Source: Camelus ferus (Eukaryota). From it: 64,000 nucleotides of DNA. A program made the translations under genes and the position numbers. The stretch spans positions 62,994,001 through 63,058,000 of the forward strand of contig NC_045707.1 in the NCBI RefSeq assembly GCF_009834535.1, given 5' to 3'. Below are positions 38,899-52,010 of this stretch, piece after piece (position 1 is the stretch's first letter; the number at the start of each line of letters is the position of its first letter). The notes below the pieces were generated by a model. That model did not search any database. It saw nothing but the letters and a program-made list of their open reading frames with translations, and was not told the origin of the DNA.

Positions 38899-40494
38899 AT
38901 CAGAGGCAAAATTCATATTTGTTCTGCTTAAAATACAGAAGACAAATTTTCTCATTTAGAAAAATCCATTTTGTCAGTGCTTGCTTATTGTGAAATGAAA
39001 ATTTCATGTTGAATACATACTGATTTGATTTTTACTGAATAATTTGAAAGGCATAGCATAGAAAACATTAATCTGCTAAACTAACACAAAATTATTTGGT
39101 AAATGCTTTGGGAACTCGCATTTACTCTTAAAAGAACAGTTACTTTTTTATTCCTAAATTGTGAAATATTAGAAATGAAAAAAGTGTTTCCATTTGGCAT
39201 ATTTTAAATGTCTGTTCATTTGGGGAATGGCTTTAGGAAAATAAACTTTGTTGTCAAATACATTCAGGTTCATTAGAGATAGTCCACATATTTTTAAAAG
39301 ATTATCTGATGAATTCAGTGGTGTCCAGAAAGCCAATTATGAAAGCTCAAAGGCAGAATATCTCTTCTTGCTTCAAGTAACTGGACAGTGCATAAGCTTC
39401 ATAGTCCTACCCCATTTTAGTTTTACTGTCCTGGTCTGTTTTCAAAAGGACTAACATATAGCAAAGAAAAATGGCAGGTATATTCATATATGGCAATGAA
39501 CAGGTAGCATTTTAAAAAATAATGTGAGATTACCATTACACAATATTTTAAAGGGTAGAAATACAGTATTTGAAGAGAAATTCACTTGGAAAATGTTTAG
39601 TACTTGAAAAGTGACTGATGAGAAATCTGTTTTAAATGAAACTGAATACCAAAAAAAACTAATAATGAATGTTTTCACCCAGTAGGTCCTAAGTTATTTG
39701 AAGGTGAGAACAGAAGAGTGACCAAGAGCAAGAGCAATACTGTGACCCTAGCAGGGGTCAACGGGATAGTGACTGAATGATTAACCTAGAAAGTAAACGC
39801 ACTGCACACTCAAGGCAGATGTTCCTCCACTGTAACATATGCTATAAAATATTTCACTCTCTCATTTACTTACATGACACTGTACAAATGTGTGCGATTA
39901 GAATCAAGTTGACCTGTGCAGAGCTAGGTCAAAGCAGTTATCTTAAACTATATCTACACAGCAGGCCAAAGGAAAATGTAACTTGAAGGAAATTAAGGAG
40001 CTGCAGTCCATCTATATAGTTCTAAGCAGAAAGAGAAATCTTTCTTTGACCTCATCTCTAAGCAAAAAGAACGTTCTGGCTAGATGAACGGGTCCCCTCC
40101 ACATGCAGGACAAAGATTTAACCTTATCTTTTGGTCCGCTGGTGAAGACTTTTGCAATCCACGTCTCTTTTCAAGGCTCGTTGGCTGGACTCAATCTTAA
40201 AAGGCTGTTATAGCTTAAAATCTATGACACAACACACTAACGTAAAACACTTTGATGAAGATTTTAGAGGCCTCATGAATAACCTCGTTTAGAAATGAGT
40301 GGTAAACCAGAATGCAGAAATTAACATTTTTTCTTAAATTAACGAATGACAATGAAAAGTGAGCCAAATATCTATTTAAATCTTCTATAGAGACTGGTCT
40401 GTACTTTTCCAGGCAGGTAGGAGGCAGATTCATGACTCGGGGGAGCCATATAAGGCTTGCGTTTACAGGTTTTTGAATTCTCACTAAAACTTAC

Positions 40495-40630
40495 CACCAG
40501 TTATGCAAACTCACTGCAGCTCTCAGCCTCAGTCTCCCCATTGGCCAATTGGAACTGATGGTATTTCTCAGGGTTATTACATGATGATATCTATACAGTG
40601 CCTGGCATTTAGTAGACACTGAAATTTTTG
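40495..40630 (+). mobile_element. MIR fragment
   Basis: CTCTCAGCCTCAGTCTCCCCATT...CAGGGTTATT...AGTGCCTGGCATTTAGTAGACACT. Confidence 0.6.
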
Positions 40631-42999
40631 TTCCTTCCAGATTTCTAACTCATTTAGCATTAATGCAGCACAAAAATTTAATTCTGATCAAAATGAAGAA
40701 TTGGTCATTATTTTTTCTTTCTTTTTAGCACATTAGCACGTGAACTAGGAATGTGCAGAAGATAAATATGTTCAGTGTACTATCCTTAAAGTACTAAATA
40801 TTCAAAATAAAATCCCTAAAAGTGCTATGTTTTCAAAATCTGAATAAAGTTATACTGCCTACTGGTAGGACAATTTGTGGAAAACCTATTTTAAAAATAA
40901 AATTCATATGCAGTACACTTAGAATATACATGTATTTTGCCAACCGCTTATCTTTAATATTTAAGACACTTTAAAAAATTTTTTTCCTAAACTTTGAAGT
41001 AAAATTTTGTAAAATAAGATTGAAAAAAAGCTACTAGAGAACACTTTTGTTAGATTTTTTTTCCTGAATATAAGCAATTCATATTAAACAAATTATTTTA
41101 ATTTTAAAAAGCTTGTTAAATTCAAAGCAATAAAGTGAAAGTTACTTTTATATAATTCAAATTTAGAATTCTAGAGTATTTTGCAAGAACTTTCTTGTAC
41201 TCAAAACTTCACATATACTAATTTGAGCAAATACATTATTGCCTAGCATAAGAATTGTTGAATCTGTTTTCTAAAATGTACGATTAACTTAAAATTAGCA
41301 CATTGTAATAGCACAAATAGTATGCTAAAACCATTTTAGAAAACTTGAACCACTTTTACATGAAACATTCTTCCTGCAACTTACTGATATTATTAAAATG
41401 CTCAAACAGTATTTCTTAAAGATACATTCTATCCTAACTTATATTCCAATTATAAAAGTTTAAAGTATGTGGTTTGATTATCCTTCCTAAACATCACACA
41501 ATTCTGTAAAACAAATTAAGTGCTGTGAAACCCAACAGGGGGAATTATCCTAAAGTCCCACAAAAGTTTTGAGAATAAGTATACAAAAATAATGCACAAT
41601 ATTACCTATATCTACAAATTATTTATTTCCCCTTCTGTAGCATGTAATTATCTTCCATGTTGCCTTTATTCTGATTGGTTCATTATCTCTGTTTGTTTCA
41701 TTCACTGTGATGTAAATTCCTTCAGGCCTTGAACATCCCTTTCTTTCCTCTTACAAGGTACTCTGTGAAGTAAAAGGTGTTTAATCAAATTGAATTCTGT
41801 CACTATATTGCAGTGTCAAATGATCATAATTCAGCTATGGTCTCTGATAAGGAAAAAAACAGGTGTGGGAATTTTAATTTCTCATTATACGGGCTTTTAC
41901 CAATTCTCGAATACAGTATATGTGGTTAGCTCATGGGTATATTGAGAAGAATCAAGCCATTTTAGGTTTCTGACTTCTTAGAGAAAAATTCCTTAACATT
42001 TTAATAGCAAGTAGATTTGAATTAAATATATTATTTTAGACTTCTTTAGTTTAAGTAAGTTTACTGCATCTAATCCAGTCCTACGGTTGCACAAAAATTG
42101 TCTTTTCACAACTTAGTCTGCATAGATTTGCAAACATTTTACCATTACTTTCACTGATTTAAATGAATGCCATTTTACCAGTGGTCTGACCATCAGTTAC
42201 TACAAAGTTTACCAGAGAAATCTGTGTGGAAAATAAAGCAAACTGTCAGTACTTTAAGGTCATATTTAAACATTCTTCACCAAAATATTAAAAATAAAAC
42301 TACTATTAATGAACTGTATTTTTCATCCCAATATTTGGCTATTTACGCTAACCAAAGTGAATGTTGATTAATATTTCATCCAGTTGCTTGACATCATGCA
42401 AGATAGAAATACAGACTTTACAAAATACTACAATTATTGTATATACAGTTAATCATGTATTTTGATATTGCTTCTGGTATTTAGAAAATCACCAACTAAT
42501 GCAACAGATAGAGCTATTTCAAACATCTTTCTATTTTAGTTGCAGGAAAACTTTCTCAAAATTCTTCAGTTATTGTAACTGTTCCCAAAATAACAATATG
42601 TAATTTTAAATAGTTCATGTTGCTACGCTGTACTTCAGTTTTCTCATCAGACTATTAGCGGCTAATATAATTTATTATGTTTTTGAAAGGAGTCAAATAA
42701 AACAGCCTATATAAAAATTATTTGAAAATTAAGTGCAATTTATAAATATATGGTATAATCTTAATGACCCTGTAAGATATTACATTTATGTTTGTACATT
42801 ACATTATCATGAAAATTTCAGTCCTATGATATTATCTTAGAAATAATGTAAACTAAAGTTGATTTAAGTTCTATAGGTAAAGTTCAGATTACTGAAACTC
42901 AAAAATTAACCTAGCATTGTAGACACTAGCCTTAGACATTGTGCTTGTATATTTTTAAAAACTTCAGATTGTAAGAAAATTTTAAGGGAAAATGTGTAA

Positions 43000-45638
43000 A
43001 TGTGGGGGAAACTTTTTATTTACAGGTTACCTAGAAATATTTAATAGTTAGTATGGTAAATATTCAGTCTTTTCTAAGGGAAACCAAGTTTTACTACTGT
43101 ACGTATATTGTTTGGCACAGAAACATTTTAAGCCAAGATGTTGGACACTTTCAACAATTTGTTATTTCATGCATACATATGATTTGTAGAACAGACAAAG
43201 AAGAGAAAAAACATAAAAACTCTATGTAGAAAATAGAACTTTATCGCTACAATTTACAGAATATTCCAAGAGATATCATTGGTCGTTTTATTATTTTGAA
43301 AATATTACTTATTTAAACAACTAAAAAAAAACATTAAAGTCTGATATAATCTTCAACATTGGAAAGGATAAATTATTGAAGAAATATGTCGAACAGAAAT
43401 TCCATCTCAATGCCACTGATACCGTTATGCTGTTGAACAGGTGTTACGTGAGGTATTGAACATTGCACATAATTAAACACTTAGGGTTTGACGTTGTAGC
43501 TAAACCAGTTGTTCAAGGCCACTAAAATACTGAAGGAGGATTAAGATTATCAACAGTGCAGAGTTACAGAAAGAACTACAAGAGCCCTTCTAACTCAGAA
43601 CTGGAAATGGTGATTCCACTCAAAAGAATGTCACAACCACTGAGAGTTTTCAGTAATTCACGACACAAAACAGGATATCCACCTCTAATTTTTTATCTTC
43701 TCTATTACATGAATCCGATGGTGACACAGTACACATCTGGGATTTGTATGACAGCGTGATATTTATTACTGTTGCGTTTCAGAACTTACCCCGTAAGGAG
43801 TTCATGTATGTGATGTATACTAGCTGAATTTCATCACTTCAGAGAGGTGGGATGACTTTTAGATTTTACACTGCGCATTACTATGTTTTGTTAACACCAC
43901 ATCCGATTAACACACATACCCTAGTATTTAAAATTCCTCTGTTTTAACTGAATGAAGTGCTGGAAAATTCAGGTATGAGTAATGGATATTAAATGCTAAA
44001 AAGCTGAAACTCAATTTTAGTTGATAACTGTTCTATGGATTATGAAATTGTTCCTCTTTACTATAAACTTATAATAAATCTTTGGCTCCAGTTTCTAAAA
44101 CAGCTACGTTCCCCGCAGTGTTCAGTGACTATTAAGTTAGAATAAATTTCTTTCAGTGATTTGCAAGAAGATTTGGAGGAGTAGAAAACCTCAGAAAAAG
44201 AAGTGGTCCACGAACATCTGGCTTATGTACAGTAGGTGCATTGGTACTTCATCACAGTAAACTTAAAATATGTTCATTTTGGGGATTCTAAGCAATAACT
44301 GGAGAGCTGGCCTACTGGGTGATAATACCATTTAAAAACACCTGTCTTACATAATACACAGCCAGGAAAAGGTAGAACAGAGTTGTCAACGCCAAAGGAA
44401 AAGCTTTGCTCAAGAAAAGAAACTTTTCATCTTAACCGATGGGTGCAATTGGTATTGAGATCATTAAAATTCACTTGAGGTACGATCGCTTAATGGGGGA
44501 TTAGATTCAGACAGACACAAAACCAACACACAGGAAGAGTCTGTAACTCTCTTCACCACCCAACATGAGATGGAGAAACAAACCAGATGGAAAATAAACA
44601 CTTTCTCAGCACTGATAATCATTGAGTATGCACGACTGTTTTATCCAATAGGAAGTTTCACCAAAATGATGACAGAATCTATATGAATGAGGCAAGGCTG
44701 CCACTTAGGAAAATTACAAGAGTGTTTATACATAAGCTTTGTTTGAATTCATTTTTATGTAGTAGACTAGACCAGTCAGGAAGTAGATGAAAAAAATCTC
44801 TGACAGTTGAGAAATTTAGTCAGGAACTTACCAGGAAGGATAGTGTTGAGATAAATTCTTTTTCAGCCTTTTCAAAGTTTGTGTAAGTTTATAAAAAGAG
44901 ATAATTTTTCTTTGATCTGAAGAGATTCTTTGCACAAGTGCAGTGTACAACATACTAAATACATACGGGACTTCCCTGTGTACATATACATATGCATACA
45001 CTAGCCATATGCCTTTTTTAACATATACACAGCTTTAACTCAAAGAAAGTGAGTTAGCAACACAGAAATCATTACAAGACAATCCAAGTGCTGAAAACAA
45101 GGGACATCGATCATTGAAAGGGCTAGTTCACCTCTCACGTTGCCCAGGACTAAGACTGTAACTCCTCTTGTCAGTTTCTCATTCATTGCCACACTGATTG
45201 TCATAGAGAATCTTTGTGCTTTTGCATAATGCCCATACTGGATGTAACATATATTCACATACAACATCGGACAGTTTAAATAAGCATGCTGGAACACAGG
45301 CAGGACCATACAGCCATGCACAAAATATTCTGAATATGCGTTTCCAATACTGACTGTAACAACGACATGCACCACTATCATATTTGGTCCTGAACAGCAA
45401 GAATGTACAGCTGAAGCAATCATCGCTAGTTTCACTTGCAGGAGCTTCTTGAGAGAAGAACACCCAATAGAGAAACAAAACAGAATGAATGAAACAAACA
45501 AACAAAATCCCCCAAAACCAAAAAAAAAAAAAAAAATTCCTCCCACACATTAACACTGACAATCTGGCCATTTTCCTCATTCCGCACGAGGCAGGTCTTC
45601 TCACAGAATTCTGAATTGAACGGTTTATAAGAGACACA
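43000..45638 (-). other. TRHDE: TRHDE 3' UTR to the proximal poly(A) site (about 2.6 kb)
   Basis: Follows the stop codon; AT-rich with no recognisable interspersed repeats; ends near an AATAAA at 43015-43020 (minus strand). Confidence 0.7.
43015..43024 (-). terminator. Candidate proximal polyadenylation signal (TGTAAATAAA)
   Basis: Minus strand reads GTAACCTGTAAATAAAAAGTTTCCCCCACATTT: a UGUA element directly upstream of AAUAAA. Confidence 0.6.
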
Positions 45639-45782
45639 TCAGTGTCTCAGAGCTTTTCCTAACCATTGGAAAAGCTCATCTTGATAAAGCATTTTCCAGC
45701 GCACATTGGCTTCGACAGTTTCCACAGCTCTTGAGAAAGAGGCAGCAGCGACGCCATCGTAGTTCTTCATAAAGTTCTTTAG
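45639..45782 (-). CDS. TRHDE: TRHDE terminal coding exon, 144 nt including TGA stop
   Basis: Translates as LKNFMKNYDGVAAASFSRAVETVEANVRWKMLYQDELFQWLGKALRH*, which I recognise as the TRHDE C-terminus. Acceptor TTTCTATTTCCAG. Confidence 0.96.
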   Translation of the reverse strand, partial: LKNFMKNYDGVAAASFSRAVETVEANVRWKMLYQDELFQWLGKALRH

Positions 45783-45810
45783 CTGGAAATAGAAATTTTA
45801 AAATGGTAAA

Positions 45811-45973
45811 TATACAGCATAAGGAATATGGTTAAGTAACTTCGTATGGGGCAGGTGGTTACCGGACTTTTTGTGGTGGTCATTTCACGCATACAAATGT
45901 CAGATCAGGATGTAGTACACCTGAAACTAACATAGCATCGTACTTCAACTATTTCAATAAAAAATAAAATTAA
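45811..45973 (+). mobile_element. Short L1 3'-end insertion with 11-bp TSD
   Basis: TACAGCATAAGGAATATGG...GTACACCTGAAACTAACATAG...TCAATAAAAAATAAAA; TSD AAAATGGTAAA at 45800-45810 and 45974-45984. Confidence 0.85.
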
Positions 45974-48900
45974 AAAATGGTAAACATGCGTGCCTTAAAA
46001 CGAACTCATGTCCAACACCTGTAAACAAGAATCTATTTGAAACAAAGTGCCACAGTCATGACAGGAGGAATATTTAATACGTGGAGTGAGCTTGGTAATA
46101 AAATGCAATAAAACAGATTGTGTCCATTAGGTGTAATGTAATTTCTTTTGGAACTCAAAGGAAAAAAAAAAGGAGTGGACAGTGCAGTCTAAATAGCTCC
46201 CAATCCAGCTTCTGGTTTCATAAATAAATATTAAAAACAGACATATTTAATTTGCTTTCATAATAGATTGATAAGATTATGGTAAAGATTAGTTCTAACT
46301 ACAAAGTATATCTAATGTACTAAATAGCCTTAAAAACAGAATGTAAGGATTAAAGTTAACTTTCTGTGTGTAGAGAGAAAATTATCCATCTTCTCAAAAA
46401 TAGGAAGTATGAGTTTTTGACACTATCTTTAATGGCAAAGGAATACCAGAATTACTGGGTGGTGGAAAAAAAAAGTAATGGTGCTATGAAAACCGGATGA
46501 TTAATGACACTCCAATCACCTGAGTAACTAGATTTAGAAGGACTCAAGGAGCAATGTGGATTCATCTAGCTAGAGAATTTCAGCATTTAATTAAAATAAG
46601 GTATAATTTTTAAATGTTTTGTCATAATTATTATGGATATAAGATTTTCTTGAGAGAGTCCATATACCCTGGGAAAGCTCAGGGATTTTATTTCAAGATG
46701 AAATACTTTTTTCTCTCTGTTCGCTATGTCTAAAGAAACTGGCAACCAACTAAAGATTGAAATGCTAATAGACCAATGTGAAAAATCAACTTGCAACAGA
46801 GAAACGTTATACTGTGTAGTTAGTGTGGGATGTGATTCATCACATGGTGGGTGCCACATGGAGCATAGACCAGGAGAGAAATGTCATCAAGACTGACTCG
46901 GGGACAAGGAGGAGATGTGGGGAGGGGGGTCAATCATGCCTTTCTGAATTCATCTAGAAATTGATTCATGGGGAGCTTGGGTTATTTATGACAGTATTAC
47001 TTTGTTTACATGATACCAATGGGTTCCTCAAACTTTATCCTCTACTTTCCTACAAAGCCTAGTGCCTGCAGCATTAGCAATGGATAACTGTATCTCAGAA
47101 CCGTACCCTGTATAAGACTTTGAAATCACTGTGCTTTTACATCAAGCATGCAAAATATTCAGCATATAACAAAGATTTACCAGCGCTATCCTTAAAACTG
47201 ATCTGACATCTGACCAAATTTGCACAGAGGAAAGAAAGAAGATGAAGCGAAGGGACTGGAATTTACTGAATATCTTCACTATTCCAGGCACCATGCCACA
47301 CACATACACCTGTGACTTGTACACGTAGATAAAAGGGAAGTCTTTTGATTCATATTTGATTCATATTTTTAAACTTTAATGGATTAATCCACTAATTCAT
47401 CTGTATTTATATATTTATGTTCAGAAGCATTCAGTCTACATCCCTAATGCAACAAATATTACATTTTGATCTATGTTTTCAATTTGGTGTTTTATTACAA
47501 AAATATGTACATTATAGTGTACATTTGCACACTACATGTATACATTAGAGTGCTACTGTTTACATAATATATGTCAATCAGGGAAAAAATCACATCTACC
47601 CTTTTAAACTATGTTCTGCATTATTACATATTTTCCTAGGCAGTCTCTAAATATGCTACATTCTGATAAATGACACTTTGGCAACTCCGACTCTGTGGAG
47701 TCTGCCCTTGGCCTCTTAATGAGATTTCAAGCCAGCCTGAACACATGACGTCAACCTCTTAAGTCGTCCTCTCAAAGGCAAGCGGTGGGATTGAACATGA
47801 ATGTGTTACCGACACAGAGATAGCAGGTCAGACTATCCTGCAAGAAGCTCGCCATGGAAAATGTCACTGGTGAGTCTCCAGGGATTCATTTCTTGAATCA
47901 TGACTCAAGTGCACTAGGCACCTGCCTTGCGAGCGCAGAGAGCCTGGGGTGACTCATGCATCTTAGGAGCGGCTTATTCATCAGAACACATCTGCCCACT
48001 TTCCATGGTTGGCATAAATTGATCTTACGCCATATTCCTCCACAACTCTTCTGGCAAATACGTGGTCAGAGCAGCCGTCTGACTGGTCCTAGGGTGTGAT
48101 CGCAGCATCTTCCAGACCCCTGGCTCACTTTAGAGGGCACAGACTAAATGGAAGGCATTTGGCATTCCAGTTTGCTTATTTCTGCAGCTCTTGGGTACAT
48201 TTTCTGCTACTATTAGTTTTTTTTTTAATATTATTGTGTTTTCTAAATATTTATTCCATCTTACGTTCCCAAAATGTTGCAAGTTAAGACATTTTTATAA
48301 AATAACATTTAGTAAGATGTCAGAGTTCCTTGTGCTCCCTGTTCTTAGCATGAAATTTCTAGACACGTTTGTTAATTCTCTCTATTAAGAAACATTTTAG
48401 CATTTGGGGAAAAAAAATCTTTTAATTTAGGGTACCCTAGACCCCAAACATCACAAAATAATTTGTAGAGTAAATTGCAAAACGTAATATACTCTTAGTA
48501 ACCATATAAATGAACTGGATTAGCTACTGCCCTCTTATGAGGTTTATATTTTTCAACATTAACACCGCAAATGGGATGTCTGTGGTGCACAGGATCTATG
48601 TTCTTTTCCAACAGTGTTGCACATAAGGTTCAAGAGGCAGAAAAATGAGCACTCAAGAGGACTGCTGGATGGATATTAGTATGGAAAAACAACAAGGACC
48701 TCTGAGGTTCCATGACGTTGCACTTCCATTAGACTAAAATTAAGGAAATAATGTACTATCTCATAGAGAAATACTGTTCAAACTGTTAGAGCCGTGTAAT
48801 TAGGAATAAACTGCCGGTTTCAGGTACTAGGATGCAGTTTTGAGGAAGGGACCAAAGAACAATGTAAGTGTCTCTACTGAATGCCCCTCCAGCTGATGGG

Positions 48901-49415
48901 GATCATTAAAATCTCAAATTAGTTTTCAGAAGTCATAAAAATGCTGATTCCCTTCTGATCTATAAACCTTGAAAATAAGAATATGACATATCCAAAGGGA
49001 GCACGTTGGTTTTTCTGTTTACGAGGCTCGTTGGTCAGGGGGAAATGAGCCTGGAATATCCCCAGCCCCTTTGTATTGATGGAAGAGGATTATCAGCAAC
49101 TCAAATTAAACCCCTCTCCCCACCAGCCAACAACAGTCGCCCACAATCCTGCAGTCAATGATCAGGTAATAAAAATATGGAAAAGCCTCAGGCAGCAGTT
49201 GGTTAACTGGGAAGTCGGTGCAAGCAGCTGTGTCATGAAGGAAATTCATCCCCCAGGCCACGGAGAGCCTGTACCAAGTTAGCTGCCTTGTAGATCATGG
49301 AATAAAAGCCACAGTGTCGTTTGAGTTTTCAAATGGCACCTTTCATGATAGGGGTATCTCGGAACATTTCAAATGACAATTAAATCAAGGGTAAAACATT
49401 AAATGTAGGTGGATA

Positions 49416-49525
49416 GTGAGGGTAGAGCTCAGTGGTAGAGTGCTTGCTCAGCATGCAGGAGGTCCTGGGTTCAATCCTCAGTACCTCTGTTAACAAGAAC
49501 AACAACAAAACAAAACAAAAACAAA
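49416..49525 (+). mobile_element. Short tRNA-derived SINE (camelid vic-1-like)
   Basis: GAGGGTAGAGCTCAGTGGTAGAGTGCTTGCTCAGCATGCAGGAGGTCCTGGGTTCAATCCTCAGTACCTC followed by a CAA/CAAAA-rich tail. Confidence 0.9.
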
Positions 49526-49964
49526 ATTAAATATATAGATGAAAGATGTAAAAATAAATGGTCAGCATTTGAAAAAATCAATTGAAATATCCATTTAAAA
49601 GATGTTTTTCCATGGCCCTGGGTACTACCAAAGCAAGGAAAATATGAAAGACAAGGTTAGAGAACAGAAGAAGAGGCAGAGGAGAGATGCAATGGGAAAG
49701 GAAGGTGGAGAAGGAAGGGAGCAGAAGGGAGGAGAGGGAGGAGGAGGGGAAAAAGGAGAGAGAAGAGATTGCTCACTTCCGCATTCACTTCAACAGCTGT
49801 ACTGGTTGCAACTGAAATGAGTCTTTGATTCCCAGATTATTGAACGTAAAATCAAAGAATTAAAACTACTTCATTAAAATACATAAAATCATTAATTTAA
49901 TTGTTCTTTCTTTCTGCTTCCTAAGGATGTGAAAGAAGTCCTTCCCATTTAGCTTCCTTTATTT

Positions 49965-49974
49965 AAAAAAAAAA

Positions 49975-50009
<35 letters not shown>

Positions 50010-50030
50010 CAGAGAGAGACAGAGAGACAC
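49965..50030 (+). repeat. Compound A / (TA)n / (GA)n microsatellite
   Basis: Direct inspection. Confidence 0.9.
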
Positions 50031-51183
50031 AGAAACATGTTCTCGGGCTTTCTGAATCAAATTCTTCAGGGTTGGGAACACACATGGCAAGGATAAAAAC
50101 TGAATTTCAAATCATTACAATCAGAGACTTAGCTTAGCTTAGCTCCTGGGGTAAAAGGATCCAAGCTAGTGCATAGGGGATCATCATACAAAATTGGGCA
50201 ATATTCGGAGATATTAAGGATGGTGCCAGAGTCGATGCTTCTGGGGAAATCCTGCTCAACGTGATTAGCTCTGGATCACAGCATCAGGCATTCTGTCAGT
50301 GAAAACTGAGGAAACAGTGGTTCTCAAGGCCAAATCTCAGCTATATTTTATAATGGAGGTGAGCAGCAGACTAAAAACTGATAAATGTTTGAAGCCCAAC
50401 TCATTTAAATCAGTCAAGTATTTTGCTCCTTCCTTCTCCCTACGCAGTCCTCCCCATTGCAGACTCCTCTCTATCAGAGATGTGAATTCACGATCCCATA
50501 ACTAGCTGGTTTACATTTCTAGATAAATAAACCAGAAAAAAAAAGAAAATGTTAGATGCTCTGCAAACTGGAAGCTAGTCCTTAAAAAAATAAGTTTCAT
50601 TTCATCAGTGAAATTCACCTGTGATTGTATCAGGCAGAATTTTAAACACACTATTAATCTATGTTGCCAGATATACTGCCTCCCAAATGTATACATTTAT
50701 TCCATTTAACAAACCAGATGGCCTGAAGCATTAATATCATGCTCAGTCATCATTCTTTGTACACAATGAACCACAAAACAATGAGACTCAAGTTCTATAC
50801 CTCACCATCAAACTTGGTCCTCTGTATTCAAACACTGAGTCATTGTGAAAGGATAGTTCTGTTGTTCCAAGGATCCTAACTGGGTTCACAGAATCAGTTG
50901 AAGAGCAGCTGATGGGATCAAAGATTTCTGGCGTCTGTTTGGCATCTCCCAGTTTGAGGATCATTATATTCAAACACCTCTCACATGTATTTAATGTTTC
51001 ACATGTTGAAAATACCTTCGCAAATAATAAAAGGAGTAAAATCTTTAACATGGATGTGTGTGTGTGCGTGTGTGCTCTTTAAGGAATGGGTGTGAATTTG
51101 CTGGAAAGAAATAGTGGAAGTAAATGGAATAACTTCATACATTTATAAAAGAATAGCACTAGAACCCATTTTAAAATACTTAC

Positions 51184-51265
51184 CTCTTTCAGTTCACCTT
51201 CAGTATTAAGAAATTCTGTAACTCCACTGATAAGTTTGGAATTCATAAATAACGCTTCTCCATAC
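51184..51265 (-). CDS. TRHDE: TRHDE penultimate coding exon, 82 nt, phase 2-0
   Basis: Translates as (R)YGEALFMNSKLISGVTEFLNTEGELKE, seen inside track ORF 51079..51474. Acceptor TTTCAAG and consensus donor GAG|GTAAGT. Confidence 0.95.
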
Positions 51266-52010
51266 CTTGAAAGATTACAAAAAAATGTTAAAACAGGCAG
51301 TAATTTATGAAATACTACTACACAGATTTTTTTAGAATCCTTCTCAAGGGCTCCATTTGACCTGCCTTGTCTTAATGTCATGCAAGGTCTTTTCTCTAGG
51401 GAGTCAGGGATGTGCAAAGAGCTAAAAGAACTGTGGCTATAAGATGCCCTCAAGTGCATCATGATTTGGTTCACAGTGTTTCAAAGAGGTCTAAGTTGTA
51501 ATAAATTTTAAAAAGGGAGCCATCTAAAATTAGATTTAGAAATTACTATTATAGTTCCAATATAAGGCCTGAGGAAGAACTACTTTAAAACTTCTAACTT
51601 TAAAGCAACCTAGCTCACTGTAAGGAAGAAGGATCCTAAAAAAAGAAATAGGACTGCAGGAAAAACTTAGGGTTTATCAGTAAGTCACACAAATCCTTTG
51701 GTCTTGCCAGTCAAAATCAACATTGGCGTTATCCTTTTTTCATTCCTAGAGACTGAGTCAAATTCCTCAAAAATGTTCCCAAAATATCAGTGTTTTTTCA
51801 TGTGAGTACTCAAATAAAATATTGTGCATTCGAATTTCATAATCCTTGCACCACAAGCATAAGTAGTTGACTCATGACCCAACACAAGGAATATTATGTA
51901 TCAGTGAGTTGGAAAGATTTCTCGTTTCACTAATTTGTCTCTGCTGTGCCAAGGATACCTGTCACAGGCTATCATACTCTTTGAAATAAAAAAAGCGCAC
52001 TGGACTAAAC

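Larger units (their letters stand above)
38560..42999 (-). other. TRHDE: Probable extended (distal) TRHDE 3' UTR
   Basis: The repeat-poor AT-rich sequence continues (one MIR only), with a cluster of minus-strand AATAAA at 38893-38898, 38657-38662 and 38579-38584 just before TE density rises. Confidence 0.45.

Noticed and set aside
45040..45637. Long minus-strand ORFs (152 and 168 aa) right after the TRHDE stop, as possible readthrough or a downstream gene
   Set aside because: The 152-aa ORF is out of frame with TRHDE and starts at GTG. The stop context TGA-TGT is not the TGA-CTAG readthrough motif, and the ATG overlapping the stop closes after four codons. Both ORFs run through a poly-T tract and have no recognisable domain.
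1648..46910. Exact 18-mer CTGACTCGGGGACAAGGA at 1648-1665 and 46893-46910
   Set aside because: The match does not extend into the flanks. One such match 45 kb apart is not clearly beyond chance and has no supporting context.
49416..49490. Apparent tRNA genes here and at 38135-38210
   Set aside because: They have A and B boxes but no proper acceptor stem. Both have A-rich tails and the 38 kb copy has a TSD, so they are SINEs.
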